From assembly GCF_964355755.1 (NCBI RefSeq), contig NC_092674.1, positions 13,392,001 through 13,456,000 of the forward strand: DNA of 64,000 bases, read 5' to 3'. The position numbers and the translations under genes are program-made. Shown here piece by piece: positions 1-11,281 of the stretch. The DNA comes from Antedon mediterranea (taxonomy: Eukaryota; Animalia; Echinodermata). Position 1 is the first letter of the stretch. The number at the start of each line of letters is the position of its first letter. The notes under the pieces are model-generated. The model did not search any database and had not been told where the DNA came from. It saw only the letters and a list, made by a program, of their open reading frames with translations.

Positions 1-3000
1 GATCTGTGGGAACACTAGCTAGTGATTCAAGAAACATTATTGAACTTGTTCGTAGTAGTTATGATGTAAGTTTGGAGTTTTCCTTAGCACCTTTATTTTT
101 ATTTGAGATTTTTTCCCAGTAGTTTTTTTTTCACCAATTATTATGTCATTAAAACAAAACCAGCTAAGCAAACATTTATGCTGTTTGTGAAACAATTTTT
201 GGATTTATAGGCCTTTATCGAGTGTAAATAAAATTAGGCCTACATGCCATTAGAACTTCTTGAAAAATTGCTTTTTCTACAGACTTCGATGAATAAAGTA
301 CTGACGATTTTTAATGATATTGCAATATATTTTTGTTTTGTTTTTATAGTATTTATATGCATTTTTAATGTTTATACAAATTATATGTTATATGTATGTT
401 ATATGTAAATGTTTTTTATACAATCAGTGCAATAGGAGACCTACTAGATAGTGATTAAGGTCGCTTTTTAGGAATCCTGTCTCTGCCTAGTTTTGTGTGA
501 TGTTTTTCTATATTGTATTTTTATGGAGTCAAAAATAAATGAAATGAAATAAAGTTTGATGTAAATTTAATTTAAATTAAACATTTAACTACATAAAAAG
601 ACTTAACCTCAATTAAAGTAACATTTTTATTGTTCAAAATTACTTTAATTTTGTAAAAAACATCTTTCACACAGATGTGGAGTTATACACCATATGCAGC
701 GAAAGGATTAATGCACACATTTTGTTTATTGCACATGTTTTATTAGTTATTAGTATCATAATTAATTAAAAAAATTATTTTTATAGAAAATTACATCTGA
801 GATTCAACTTGTAGACACGGTGACAGCTCCTATTCATGTAACCTACTCAGCCTATTGCGATGGCGAGACATTGACGCCTAATTTGCAGAACTGTAGTAAC
901 ATTCGCTTAGGAAATGTCATTAAATTTAAACTAGATGTTAGCGTTGATGAGTGTACAGCAAATCCTATTTCGTAAGACATGATTACATTGTTTATTACCA
1001 ATCACAAGTTAGGCATTAACCTTGGTGTATGCATTGGCACGCTTAAAATAACTGTTTCTGCTGCCCAAGCCTGACCGACCCAAAATTTGGTCAGCTTCTT
1101 TTTTTATTTGTTTACTTGTAGGAGCATTTAATGAAAGCACAATTAAAATTAAAGGCAATATTATTTTCCGAAACATTTTTTTTCTTTATCAACATTTAGG
1201 CTTTCTTGGACAAACATATTTGTTTTTATAATTGCATGCAGACATTTCTCTAGTGTCCTCTATTTCTATTGTAAAGTTTTGCCAACTTTATTAAATCTAA
1301 ATTTTATATTATTTATTCATAAAACACAAAATAGATTAAAAAAAATTGTCTTACATTTCCCTTTTAAATGCAGTGACATAATCAATAATGATGATTTTAA
1401 TGGTGGCAATAAAGCATGATGATGACATAGTAATAATATATACGGCCATACTGCGTTGAAACACCGGTTCTCGTCAGATCACCGAAGTTGAGCAATATTG
1501 GGCTGGTTGCGTTCTGGATGGGATACCGTCTAGAAATCGCGGCGGGTGCTGTACAGTATATACTGGAGAGTGATGGTGTAATGGTAATATCGGACTAGCA
1601 TGTGATAGGCATGGGTTCGAGGTTATCTGTACCATACTAATTGCATCCTTAGGCAAGATGCTTTACTCTCATTGCCTCGCCCTTCGGATGGGATGATACT
1701 AATCATTAAGAAAAATTTTTTATTTCTTTAAAAAAAATTATGATTATTATTATTTGTAAAATGTCCATTTATGGAATAATGGTATGATACGATGATGATT
1801 AATTTTGAATACGCAGTGGTTGAACAAATAAGAGCTTTCATCTAATATTAATAAGTTACAAGATACATGATGTGCTTGAATTTTTATCAAAATATTTAGT
1901 TTTTCAGTTAAACCTCTCGGATTTGAAGAGAACCTAGAAGTTGTCATAATAACAAATTGTGAATGTGAATGTACCAAATCTGTGACACCAGACAGTGAGC
2001 TATGTAGCAATGGTAATGGTTCACTGGTCTGTGGTATTTGTGAGTGTAATGAAGGCCGGTATGGAGAGGTCTGTGAATGTGATGACACTGGCTCAAATGA
2101 AACTGAAACACTTGCAGATAGTTTACCATGTCAAACGTAAGTTAATTTTTCTAAGGTTTTTTCAACTTCTTTACTTTATTTCCTTTTTGCAAAAACATGA
2201 TATACCGCTAACCTAGTTTACTATTGTTTATTTATCATACATCAAGCATAACAAAAATATTCCTGTTGAGTATTTTGCAATTGTTTAACCTTTATTTTCT
2301 GAACACATACTGTAAACTATAGAGGGCAGAAATCATAATTTTGATTTCTTATTTTCAATATCAATGAAATGATGTATATGCCTGTACTTTTATGTTTAAA
2401 AAATATTAGTCAAATCCTATTTTTATTTATTTCAATAGAAGTAACTCATCTTTAGTTTGTTCAGGGCAAGGGTCATGCATATGTGGGAAATGTGTGTGTA
2501 ACAAGCGACAAGTAGGTGAAATATATGATTTTATAGTTTTCTTATTGGGGCATATCAGTAGGTCAACTATTACAGTATGTACTGTGAGTATACTATAGTG
2601 GGTCAATTAGAGGAAAAAAGAAGTTTTTTAAAATCTGTTGCTGATGATAATTGACAATTAATGCAAAAGATTAAAAATAATGTAACCCTATACATAGAGA
2701 ATGTCACTATTTTATATAGGGTTTGAGAGGAGGAGGCGAGACTCAAGGAGTCAATTTGTTATTTGTAACTATTGTACATGTTAAGTTTCTCTATTTCTAA
2801 TAATAGTCAACCACTATACGATCACAGACACTGGTGTCGTGACCAGTTAGTTTAATAAAATATTACAATCAATAAATATATATTACAGTTAAAATGTTAT
2901 TACCATATTAACATGTTTATAATGCCAAGCTAGATTATAATCTGCCCACTAATTTTTTGCCAAATGTTGTAACCCAGATCCTGATTATATACTGGTCATA

Positions 3001-6000
3001 TATTTTCTTGAATGCGATTAATATAATATAAAATGTATTATAAATAGAGCTTTTTTGTTATGATTAATATTTTTTTATTTTTCAAGAATCCTTTAGAAAA
3101 AATCACAGGAAAGTTTTGCAACTGTGATAACTTCTCTTGTCGCAGAGATTCTGCTGACCTCATTTGTGGTGGTATGTTCAATTTTGTTTATATTTTCTTT
3201 TTCATGCACAGAATTTGGTAAATTTAAGCTCTGCTGACAATATTAAGGACCATATCAGCATTTTTCTACTACAGTAACTAAATATCTTGAATATGATTTT
3301 AGTCTGTTTCAAATGTAGAAGCTATGAGAGTCACTGCAATAAACAGTGTGTATTATTACCCAAACTAGATTATTAGATTATTGCATAAACAGGTTAAACA
3401 GAAACAAAATAGTTTAGTTACTGCAATAACTGCAATAAGATAATCAATTTCTGTAGAAAATTTATTATATTATTTCTCTGATATTTTTTTTTTATTGTGA
3501 ATTGCCTTTGAACATTTTTGAAAAAGGTAGTATACAAATGAGGTATTTAATTATTATTAATTACTATGAAAATGGTTTTGATCGTCTTGTGTATTATGTA
3601 CTGTATGCTCTGTGCTATATAACATATTTAGATTTGATAGAAATAATTTATGACTAAGCTCTGTCTACACTATCAAACTTTGTGTAACTAAAAAAAAATT
3701 GCCCATGGACATGATAACATCTTATCAATACAATATTTGGGCACATTACACTTTTTTGTCAAACTAGTCTGATAGTATAGACAGAGCTTATAGGTATTTA
3801 TTAACTTTGATAGGTCCATCAAAAGGAACATGCATTTGTGGTCAGTGTGAATGCAAGCCAGGCTATAGTGGTCCTGATTGCAGTTGTCCAACGAGCATTG
3901 AAAACTGCCTAGCATCTACTGGAAAAGAGTGCAATGACGCTGGACACTGTGAATGTGGTGTTTGCATGTGTAATGCAACACTGGTCTACGATGGCCCAAC
4001 TTGTGAGGATTGTGATGTAAGTTCATTTATATTAAAATCTTAATGCATCCTTAAATTCAAATGTATGATGTCATCATCATCAGGATTTATCAAATGTCCT
4101 ATTCATGAAATATTAATACATTGTTGAGACCCCATTTCATCATTTTAACATTGCTAGGCTCGCACTGGCCGATCGCCAAGTCGCCATGGGCGAAAACATT
4201 TCTAGATTGGCGAAAAATAAAACGGCTACTTTAGCCATTTTGGCGATGACATATGATAAAATAGATAATTAAATAATCATTTTGGCGAAAGCATAAAGTC
4301 CAACTAAAAGGTCCATTTGTCGATCTCCAAGCATTTATTTTGTTCGAATATCACGTTGTTTACTTCAAGCTCCATTTTTCGTCAACTTGTTTCGTTGTAC
4401 CAGGCGTCTCTTTGTTATTTCAAAAAGATGGAGATAGCAGAGGTAGACTGCACAGAGATACAGACGTTACACGACACATGGATGATGAAGTCTACCCAAA
4501 CTATCACGTGTTGTGCGCTGCACAAACGATCGACTACGTAGCCGACAGTCGGCTAATTACCGGGATTGTCTATTTTCGATAGGGGTGTACTTTTCAGATT
4601 AAAAAGAAATATTATAGTATCTTCGATGAATGACGTCTTAATCTTATCGAAAATTGTATGCGTTATGCATTTTAGAGTCTTCCAATGTAATGTAGTTTCA
4701 TATTTTAGCCTTAATAAACTTCCCCCGTGCGTCAGTGTAAACAAAACAACATGCGGGAAATGGTAGAGTCTAACGGGGATTTAGCTAAACACACACGTGC
4801 AGCGGGGCCGGCTTCTGTGTTGTTGTGTAAATAAATAATAATCGGATAAATTTCTCGCCCTGACAGAAACGCTTTGGCGCAGCCTTGAGGGATGGAAAGA
4901 CGTGTACTCTGTGCTTTGGCCTATATTATCTTACGTTTAACAAAGATACGAGTATTCGTTTGCTAGGAATTTTCCTCAATATTTTTAGCATACGATATAC
5001 CGTTGCGTTGTTGTACATAATTTTGTAGGCCTAGGCCGGCGGTTCTGCACTTTCGCACCTCTTGAGCATACCCAATTTAAAAACATTAACTCGCTGCGCG
5101 GCGGTGATTCTAGGACATTATTTTCGCCTGGTACGCCATGGAAGCCGTCACACGCAAACATGACCAGCCAAGCGTAAAAAACAAAAGTAACATAGCGTTC
5201 AGGGGATTTCAGAAAACTGTAAAATGTTTCTTATTAAATTGATAACTGTATAAATGCTGTATGATTAAAAACAATTTGAACAATTGTTTTGATCATGTAA
5301 AAAAAATAAAAAAAAATATTTTTTTTAATCATACAGTGATGTAGGCATGGTTCTTTATCTCAATGCCTTACAAAATGTTCAGGGAACAGTGTTTTGTTTG
5401 TTTGTTTTTATCTTTATACTGGGTGACCTCTTCAGTCAAAGACTGATCTCCCAGAGGGCCCAGTTGGTGATCAGTGGCTGTGATGTACTAATACACCGAC
5501 CGGGGTGACCCCCCTACTCGTCTCGAAAAATGTACTAGGTTCTTTAAAGTGCACACGAGCAAGTTGTGTACACTGGACCTACGGTTTATAGTCCTTATCC
5601 GAGAAGACTCGTTCTACCACCAGAACCATGGAGTGAGCCTCGAACCCTATGTTATGTTACGCCGATGTTATGGCTACGTGATTACGGTTCCACTGTCTTA
5701 ACCGCTCAGCCACTCACTCGTGTATAGACCTGTTGACATAGATAAATTGACTAAAATGTTTTTTAAATTTTGGCTATAAACCGATTCATTTGGCTAAATA
5801 AAAAAATTTAACTTTAGCCATTTTGGCTATAGATAAACTGATTTGACTAAAAAAAATATTTTGACTTTCGCCAAATGGCTAAACAAAATGAAGTGTTAGT
5901 GCTACCCCAGCATTGTACAGTACCATAATAATTTATACAGCACCATTCTTTTTCCAATGATTTTTCTGATGATGAATAAATGTACTTCTATTTTCTATGT

Positions 6001-9000
6001 AAAACTGTCTTAAGTTTAAGTCATGTGACACCCATCAGCAAATCGTTCTATAGACGGTCCGTCCCACCTATATTTTGTACTTACTATAGGACTATCATGT
6101 ACAGAACCTCAAATGACCATAATCATATTTACTGTTTGTAGACATGTCCAGCTAAATGTGATCGCAATCGTGACTGTGTGCAATGTCTAGCTTACGGTAC
6201 AGGTATATCTGAGGAAAAATGCCAAGAGTGTCCTCAAAGAATTATACTTGTTGAGGAAGAAGAATTAATAGGTTTAGAATTGTAGAAACATTTTAATTAC
6301 AAAGTAATAAACTAATTTATTTTATTATATTTGTCTTCAAGATTCTGATAAACCTTAATTGTTTCATTTCTTTTATTTTAACCATCCGATAAAAAAACTT
6401 TATAAAGGATAAAACACCGATTAAATTACATTAGTACAATTCAATGTATTGAGTTGCCATGTTGTAATTGGTGGTGCACAGTGTTGATAAACTATAAAGT
6501 ATAGTAGGACAAGCATATGACAATTTAGGAAATGTTTCTGCTTCGTTCAGGGAAGAGGGCCTTATGCATATGTTGATTTCGCGACACATGTGTTGCGTAC
6601 TAAACTTACTGTCGAAGCAAAATCAAAATGAACAAGTATTTTAACAAAACTTTTCTCTCAAAACTACGCTGTTATGCAAATGAACGAAAATGAATGCTCT
6701 TTATTAGCTATCTGTTCATGATGTTATAAGAACTGTATAATCTATACTGAGTTTTTGCAGGTACTGTATAATTTATGCCATTGTAAAATATTATTATAAG
6801 GTCTTTCTTAAGCACTTAAAGGAAATCTTCGGTGATCTAATTGTTTTATATACTAGCTGTTTATTATCTTGAATTATAAAAAATTTCTAAAAAATAAAGA
6901 TTATTTAGAAAGGAAGAAGAAAGTTTAATTGGTAAGAAGTCGAAAAGTTGAAAAGTAATAAACTAATTTATCATATTTATTTTTTATTTAATTTCATTTA
7001 TATATTCATCCGTTAAAATTAAGATTGATTAAAAAATGGTCCTCATCATCTGTTTTCTATGGGGTTGTGTATTGCTGATCTAGCGAATTATAGGGCTAGG
7101 CCTGTTTGTGTTAATCAAAAGCTTTCAGCACTTGCATATTGATGTTTTCAGTTCATAAATTCTTTTCAGGGAAATTTGTTGTTCGAATAGTTTTTACTTT
7201 TTGCGAACTGAAAAAAAATTCAGGAATTGATGGAAGTAATTCTCGGGTGGGACATAAACCCATGACTTTTGGCAGTAATGACTGAAACATTGTTTGCCAA
7301 AACATTTTATTTACTTTCAAAATATAAATCGCCTTAAAAAAAGTACGGCTCTAAACACTGTTGAAATATATCCCCTATGAAGAAAACTATGCATTGCTTT
7401 CTATAAAAACCTTGTATCTCCACATAGTTTTACAGGTGGATGCTTTATATTTTGTGCTAGGTGTGTAATGAATTGGAGAATGCCAGAGATTCCAGTAAAA
7501 TATAAAACTTAATAATAAATATATAATACATTTCTGGTTTTATATAAGTATTTTGATAAAATGCCACACAGATTCCAGTAATAATAATAATAATAACATT
7601 CTGATTTTTATTATTTGGAATTATTTCACAATTTTTAAGACATATAATACAAGGGTTAGCCATGATTTTGTAATAATAATAAATTTCTAGGAATCACTCT
7701 GATGTTGGTATGGAAACCAAGGAATTCACTCTGATATTGGTATAAAAACAAGGAATTCACTTTGATATTGGTACGAAAACCGCATATTGTACAGTACAAA
7801 TCAAAACTTTGTATGAGCATAAATATATGTGTTCCGACAAAAAACACAACATTTTCTGCTTTCTGATTGGCTGTTGTTCAGACAACATATTGGGTTAAAA
7901 AATATGGTATATATTAAAAATATTTTATTGATGTTAATAAAATAATCTGATGGCAATTGGATTCAATTTAGAAATGATAATACTAATATTGCTGGTACAA
8001 TCAATGAAACATATGTAGATTACATTAACATCATAAAAAATAACTATTTGAAGCAAAATGTCTTTAAAAACGTATGGTGTACGTTATTGTCAACGCAATG
8101 GATTATCCAAACTGTCAATTATGATTGGTCAACTCACTAGCGTTTGTAGCGATTTCTGTTTTTTAAATCATTTTTTTCTGATTTTAATTATTTTTAAAAT
8201 ATTTTATTTATTTATAAATGTTATTTTTAAGTGTTGTATTTTTATGTTACTTGTCTTGTCAAATTATATTGTACTAAGGGTCCGTATTATGATCAGCTTT
8301 GTCTGGATGTACTATCCTTGTTAAATATTGTTGAAATAAAATAAATATGGGAACCACACCTTTTGGTTAAAAAAACATTTTTTGAATATTGCCACTTAAC
8401 TTTATTTTATATGAAACATAACCATGACTTTATGTTTGTTTAATGAAACGCATCATCATTGTACTCTACAATTGTCTTAACCTTTTATTGAAATATCTGA
8501 TATATTTATAGATAGAAAGTAGTTCACTACAGTTAAAATTATAAAAGTATATAAATATAAAATAATAGTATGGATGTTATGAATTTATTTATGCCAAATT
8601 GGTGGGGTTTTTTCACAGTAAATGGAACTGATCCTTGTACATACAAAGATGAACTTGGTTGTCTCTTCTCTTTTAACTTTGTTATGAATGGAACAATGGA
8701 GGTGATTCTGGTACAGAAAATAACATGTAAGTAATGTAAAAAGAAAACCCAAGCAAAATGAAACCCAATACATTGTCTAAAGCTCTGTCTACACTATCAA
8801 ACTTTATGTGACAAAAATATGTTATGTGACCATATATGGTGATGAAAACTACCGTAATGGGTACATTACACTTTTTTGTCAAACTATTTTGATAGTGTAG
8901 ACATAGAGCTATATATTGAGATCTCTGTGCACTTCACGCACGCGCACACACACCTTCATATATACAGTATACATCCCCTCATTTGACAGGGACAATTTGA

Positions 9001-9913
9001 TGGACATCAGCAGGCATACTGAACTTTTTTCACAAACAATTACGAAAGAGTACCATCAGTAACCTGTATTCTTTGTATATTAAACATCTTTTATTTTTCA
9101 ATTTGAGACATGCACTTCATTATTATACTAGACTTGTTTGTACAAAGTATGTGAAATGCATGATAGAGTTAGAGTGAAAAAAAAATGATTGCAACACTTC
9201 ATGTTAATAATTTATATGAATATTTATCAACATGTGGTACTTTATTTTCAGCTTGCCCAGAAGGAATAGATGCCTTATGGCTGGCTATTGGCATCATTAT
9301 TGGTATATTACTAGTTGGTCTAGCCCTTCTGCTGGCCTGGAAGATAGCTACATTTATATATGACAAACGAGAATATGCTAAATTTTTGAAAGAGTTAGAA
9401 AATGCACGAACAGATGCAGTAAGGAATGATTATTTTTTTTATCTTGTAGTTAATAATGTTTATTTATTTATTATTTATGGTTTCCCTTTAAAGACCAGAC
9501 CATTTTTATGTAGAGTCACCACTACATAGCATCCAAGTTCACTGTAGCTAACGTTCCAAGACAACATTATTTATTTTAAACATTTCTATTTGCATTTGAA
9601 CTCTCTATCTATCTCTATATCTATTTCTAGTATGATTATGATGTATCGTAGTATTGTAATTGAAAATTTAACAGTACTAGTAAATACCTTAAACTTAAAG
9701 TATAAGTATATATTTATGTCAATTTCTGTGATTAACATGCATTGCAGTGGAACATTAGCATTGAAAATACTAATTGAAATTTAATTATATGTTTATGAAA
9801 AATGAAACCAAGAAAATATTACCTCGACATACTTACTTGCTTTTTTTCAGAATATAAATCCCCTTTTTAAATCTTCTACTACAACCTACAAGAATCCAAC
9901 ATATGGTAAATAG
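1..9913 (+). CDS. Integrin beta subunit, copy 1: 3' part (end of beta-I domain, hybrid, I-EGF1-4, beta-tail, TM, cytoplasmic tail); 5' exons lie left of the window
   Basis: Manually spliced GT-AG exons with consistent phases and no stops: <1-65, 787-971, 1900-2136, 2439-2511, 3087-3171, 3814-4016, 6142-6271, 8619-8726, 9252-9418, 9851-9913. Peptides: SVGTLASDSRNIIELVRSSYD; KPLGFEENLEVVIITNCECEC; CSGQGSCICGKCVC; GKFCNCDNFSC; TM LWLAIGIIIGILLVGLALLLAWK; tail YDKREYAKF...NPLF...NPTYGK*. Confidence 0.93.
1441..1700 (+). mobile_element. Composite SINE: 5S rRNA-derived head, tRNA-derived segment, truncated conserved core
   Basis: 1441-1553 resembles 5S rRNA (TACGGCCATAC...CCGGTTCTCGTCAGATCACCGAAGTT...GGTGCTGTA). 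It is followed by box A TGGTGTAATGG and box B GGTTCGAGG, then CCTTAGGCAAG...TTTACTCTCATTGCC and CCTTCGGATGGGA. Absent from the matching intron of copy 2. Confidence 0.75.
3657..3788. mobile_element. MITE, family with AGCTCTGTCTACACTATCAAAC TIR
   Basis: TIR pair AGCTCTGTCTACACTATCA...TGATAGTATAGACAGAGCT flanked by TA; related copies at 8781-8910, 34535-34646, 40541-40676. Confidence 0.8.
4154..5910. mobile_element. Non-autonomous DNA transposon, hAT-like, specific to copy 1
   Basis: Absent at the matching site of copy 2 (~35082 ACATTGTACAG). Ends CTAGGCTCGCACT...AGTGCTACCCCAG form an imperfect TIR. CATTG is duplicated on both flanks (4149-4153, 5911-5915). Subterminal TTGGCGA/TTGGCTA/TAGCCA motifs occur at both ends. 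Confidence 0.7.
5390..5720 (-). mobile_element. tRNA-derived SINE with Deu/Nin-like core, nested in the hAT-like element
   Basis: Minus strand: box A TGGCTGAGCGG, box B GGTTCGAGG, core TCGGATAAGGACTATAAACCGTAGGTCC...GCACTTTAAAGAACC...GAGTAGGGGG, (AAAC)n tail. A second copy lies at ~24395-24640. Confidence 0.8.
7688..7785. repeat. Short degenerate ~31-bp tandem repeat, 3 units
   Basis: AGGAAT(T)CACT(C/T)TGAT(A/G)TTGGTA...AAAC repeated three times; also present in copy 2 at ~39449-39540. Confidence 0.6.
8781..8910. mobile_element. MITE, same family as 3657-3788
   Basis: AGCTCTGTCTACACTATCAAAC...TTTGATAGTGTAGACATAGAGCT. Confidence 0.8.
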
Positions 9914-10521
9914 AAGGTTTTATGCAAGATGTTGATACCTGTTGCCAAACAAGACCTCATTCAGAACCATCCAACAAGGCCCGATCAAATTGAAAACTGA
10001 TACACAGACTAAATGATATCAGAATAATAATTTATGGCAAAGTTCAGACTGTAACTGACAGATCAATCAAGCCTGTTATCAGAAAAAGAAATGCCCACTA
10101 GGCCACAACTGACATCAGATCAAAGTACCATGAGATACTCTCCACTGGGCCACACAGTAGGATATCAGATCAAAGTGGCTTGTCCAGATCCACAAGGCAT
10201 GTCCAGATCCAGATAAAGATCCCAGAAAAACATTCAAATGATGTTTAATAATATCGGATGTCGTAGGCACACAACACAAAATATACCACATAATTATATA
10301 AAATGGTCTGATACCAGAAACTAACAACCAGAGCATCTTGTCAAACAGAATTCACCACAGGTATCTGATAGAACATGACATTTCTGTAGTATAAATTGAG
10401 GTATTAATTATTTGGCTAGAGAGCTAACTCCATATTTAACAATAAATTGTTCTATTCATTACCCTAAAAAAATAAGTAATTTATAAAAACTGGACTGTAC
10501 TTTTATGTATGTTTATATTTT

Positions 10522-10524
<3 letters not shown>

Positions 10525-10562
<38 letters not shown>
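10525..10562. repeat. (TA)n microsatellite
   Basis: Pure TA run; shorter and interrupted by CTG in copy 2 (~42310-42331). Confidence 0.9.
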
Positions 10563-10564
<2 letters not shown>

Positions 10565-11011
10565 TAACTCATGTATTCATAATATTGTAAGTTATTGTTT
10601 TATATTATTAAATAATATTTTTGAACAGATACAGCGGATAATTTTTAAGCACCAACACTGTCCTCGTCAATTTGCTGTAACATAGTTAGCACTCTAGTCA
10701 ATCTATTACCTCCTCAATGGTACCTAGATCATGCTGAATTTGGTGCTAAGTTGCAATATGTGATAAAATTAGAGGTTGATATAACAAAAAAAAAATTAGG
10801 ATTTAAGAATAAATTAGAGTAGCGTATATTGGTGTGGCCATGTCTTCTGCCTTAACAAACGTGCTTTATTTTATTTAAGATAAATATTTTATATAAAATA
10901 TTTGAAAATGCTGTTATTTGTTTGTAAAATTATAATAATATCTTTTCTTAGGACAGTATACAGTAGTGAGCCTATTAAAAGTAATACTGTAATTGGTTAC
11001 TCTATAGTAAA

Positions 11012-11281
11012 GGAAAATATTAGATCCCGTCAATTAAAGTTGCTGGACCACGCGCTTCTAATGCCTGATGACGAACCATTCAAAGAGTACGCTCTGTATG
11101 TTCCTCAACATGGGAAAAGAAAATGAGGAAGTCAGAGAACCAACTTTCTGAGATACATCCAACAGCTTTTAGGGGATGAAGGAGGCATGATTACCTCTGA
11201 TAAGCTGTCAGAGTTAGCCAAGGACCGTTGTGGTTTGAGAAAACTTGTAGTCGCCTGCTCCGCAGCCGACTGATGATTATG
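11012..11281 (+). mobile_element. 5'-truncated RTE-like LINE 3' fragment with TSD, specific to copy 1
   Basis: Peptide ENIRSRQLKLLDHALLMPDDEP...HGKRK*GSQRTNFLRYI...AKDRCGLRKLV resembles an RTE C-terminus. (TGA)-type tail. 8-bp TSD ATAGTAAA at 11004-11011 and 11282-11289. Empty site in copy 2 near 42780. Confidence 0.75.

Noticed and set aside
1441-1553. Functional 5S rRNA gene
   Set aside because: Diverged box C region, no oligo-T terminator, and it continues into a SINE body.
1750-2216. ORF-track proteins 1750-2088, 1944-2129 and 1995-2216, and their twins near 29171-29637
   Set aside because: Antisense or off-frame shadows of a Cys-rich integrin exon.
4317-4766. Transposase ORFs in the hAT-like insertion
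   Set aside because: Short ORFs with no recognisable zinc-finger or DDE motifs.
9914-10380. Extended or read-through integrin tail in the CAGATC-rich 3' region
   Set aside because: The read-through frame closes after about 30 codons, other frames are short, and the two copies differ by large indels here; it behaves as 3' UTR.
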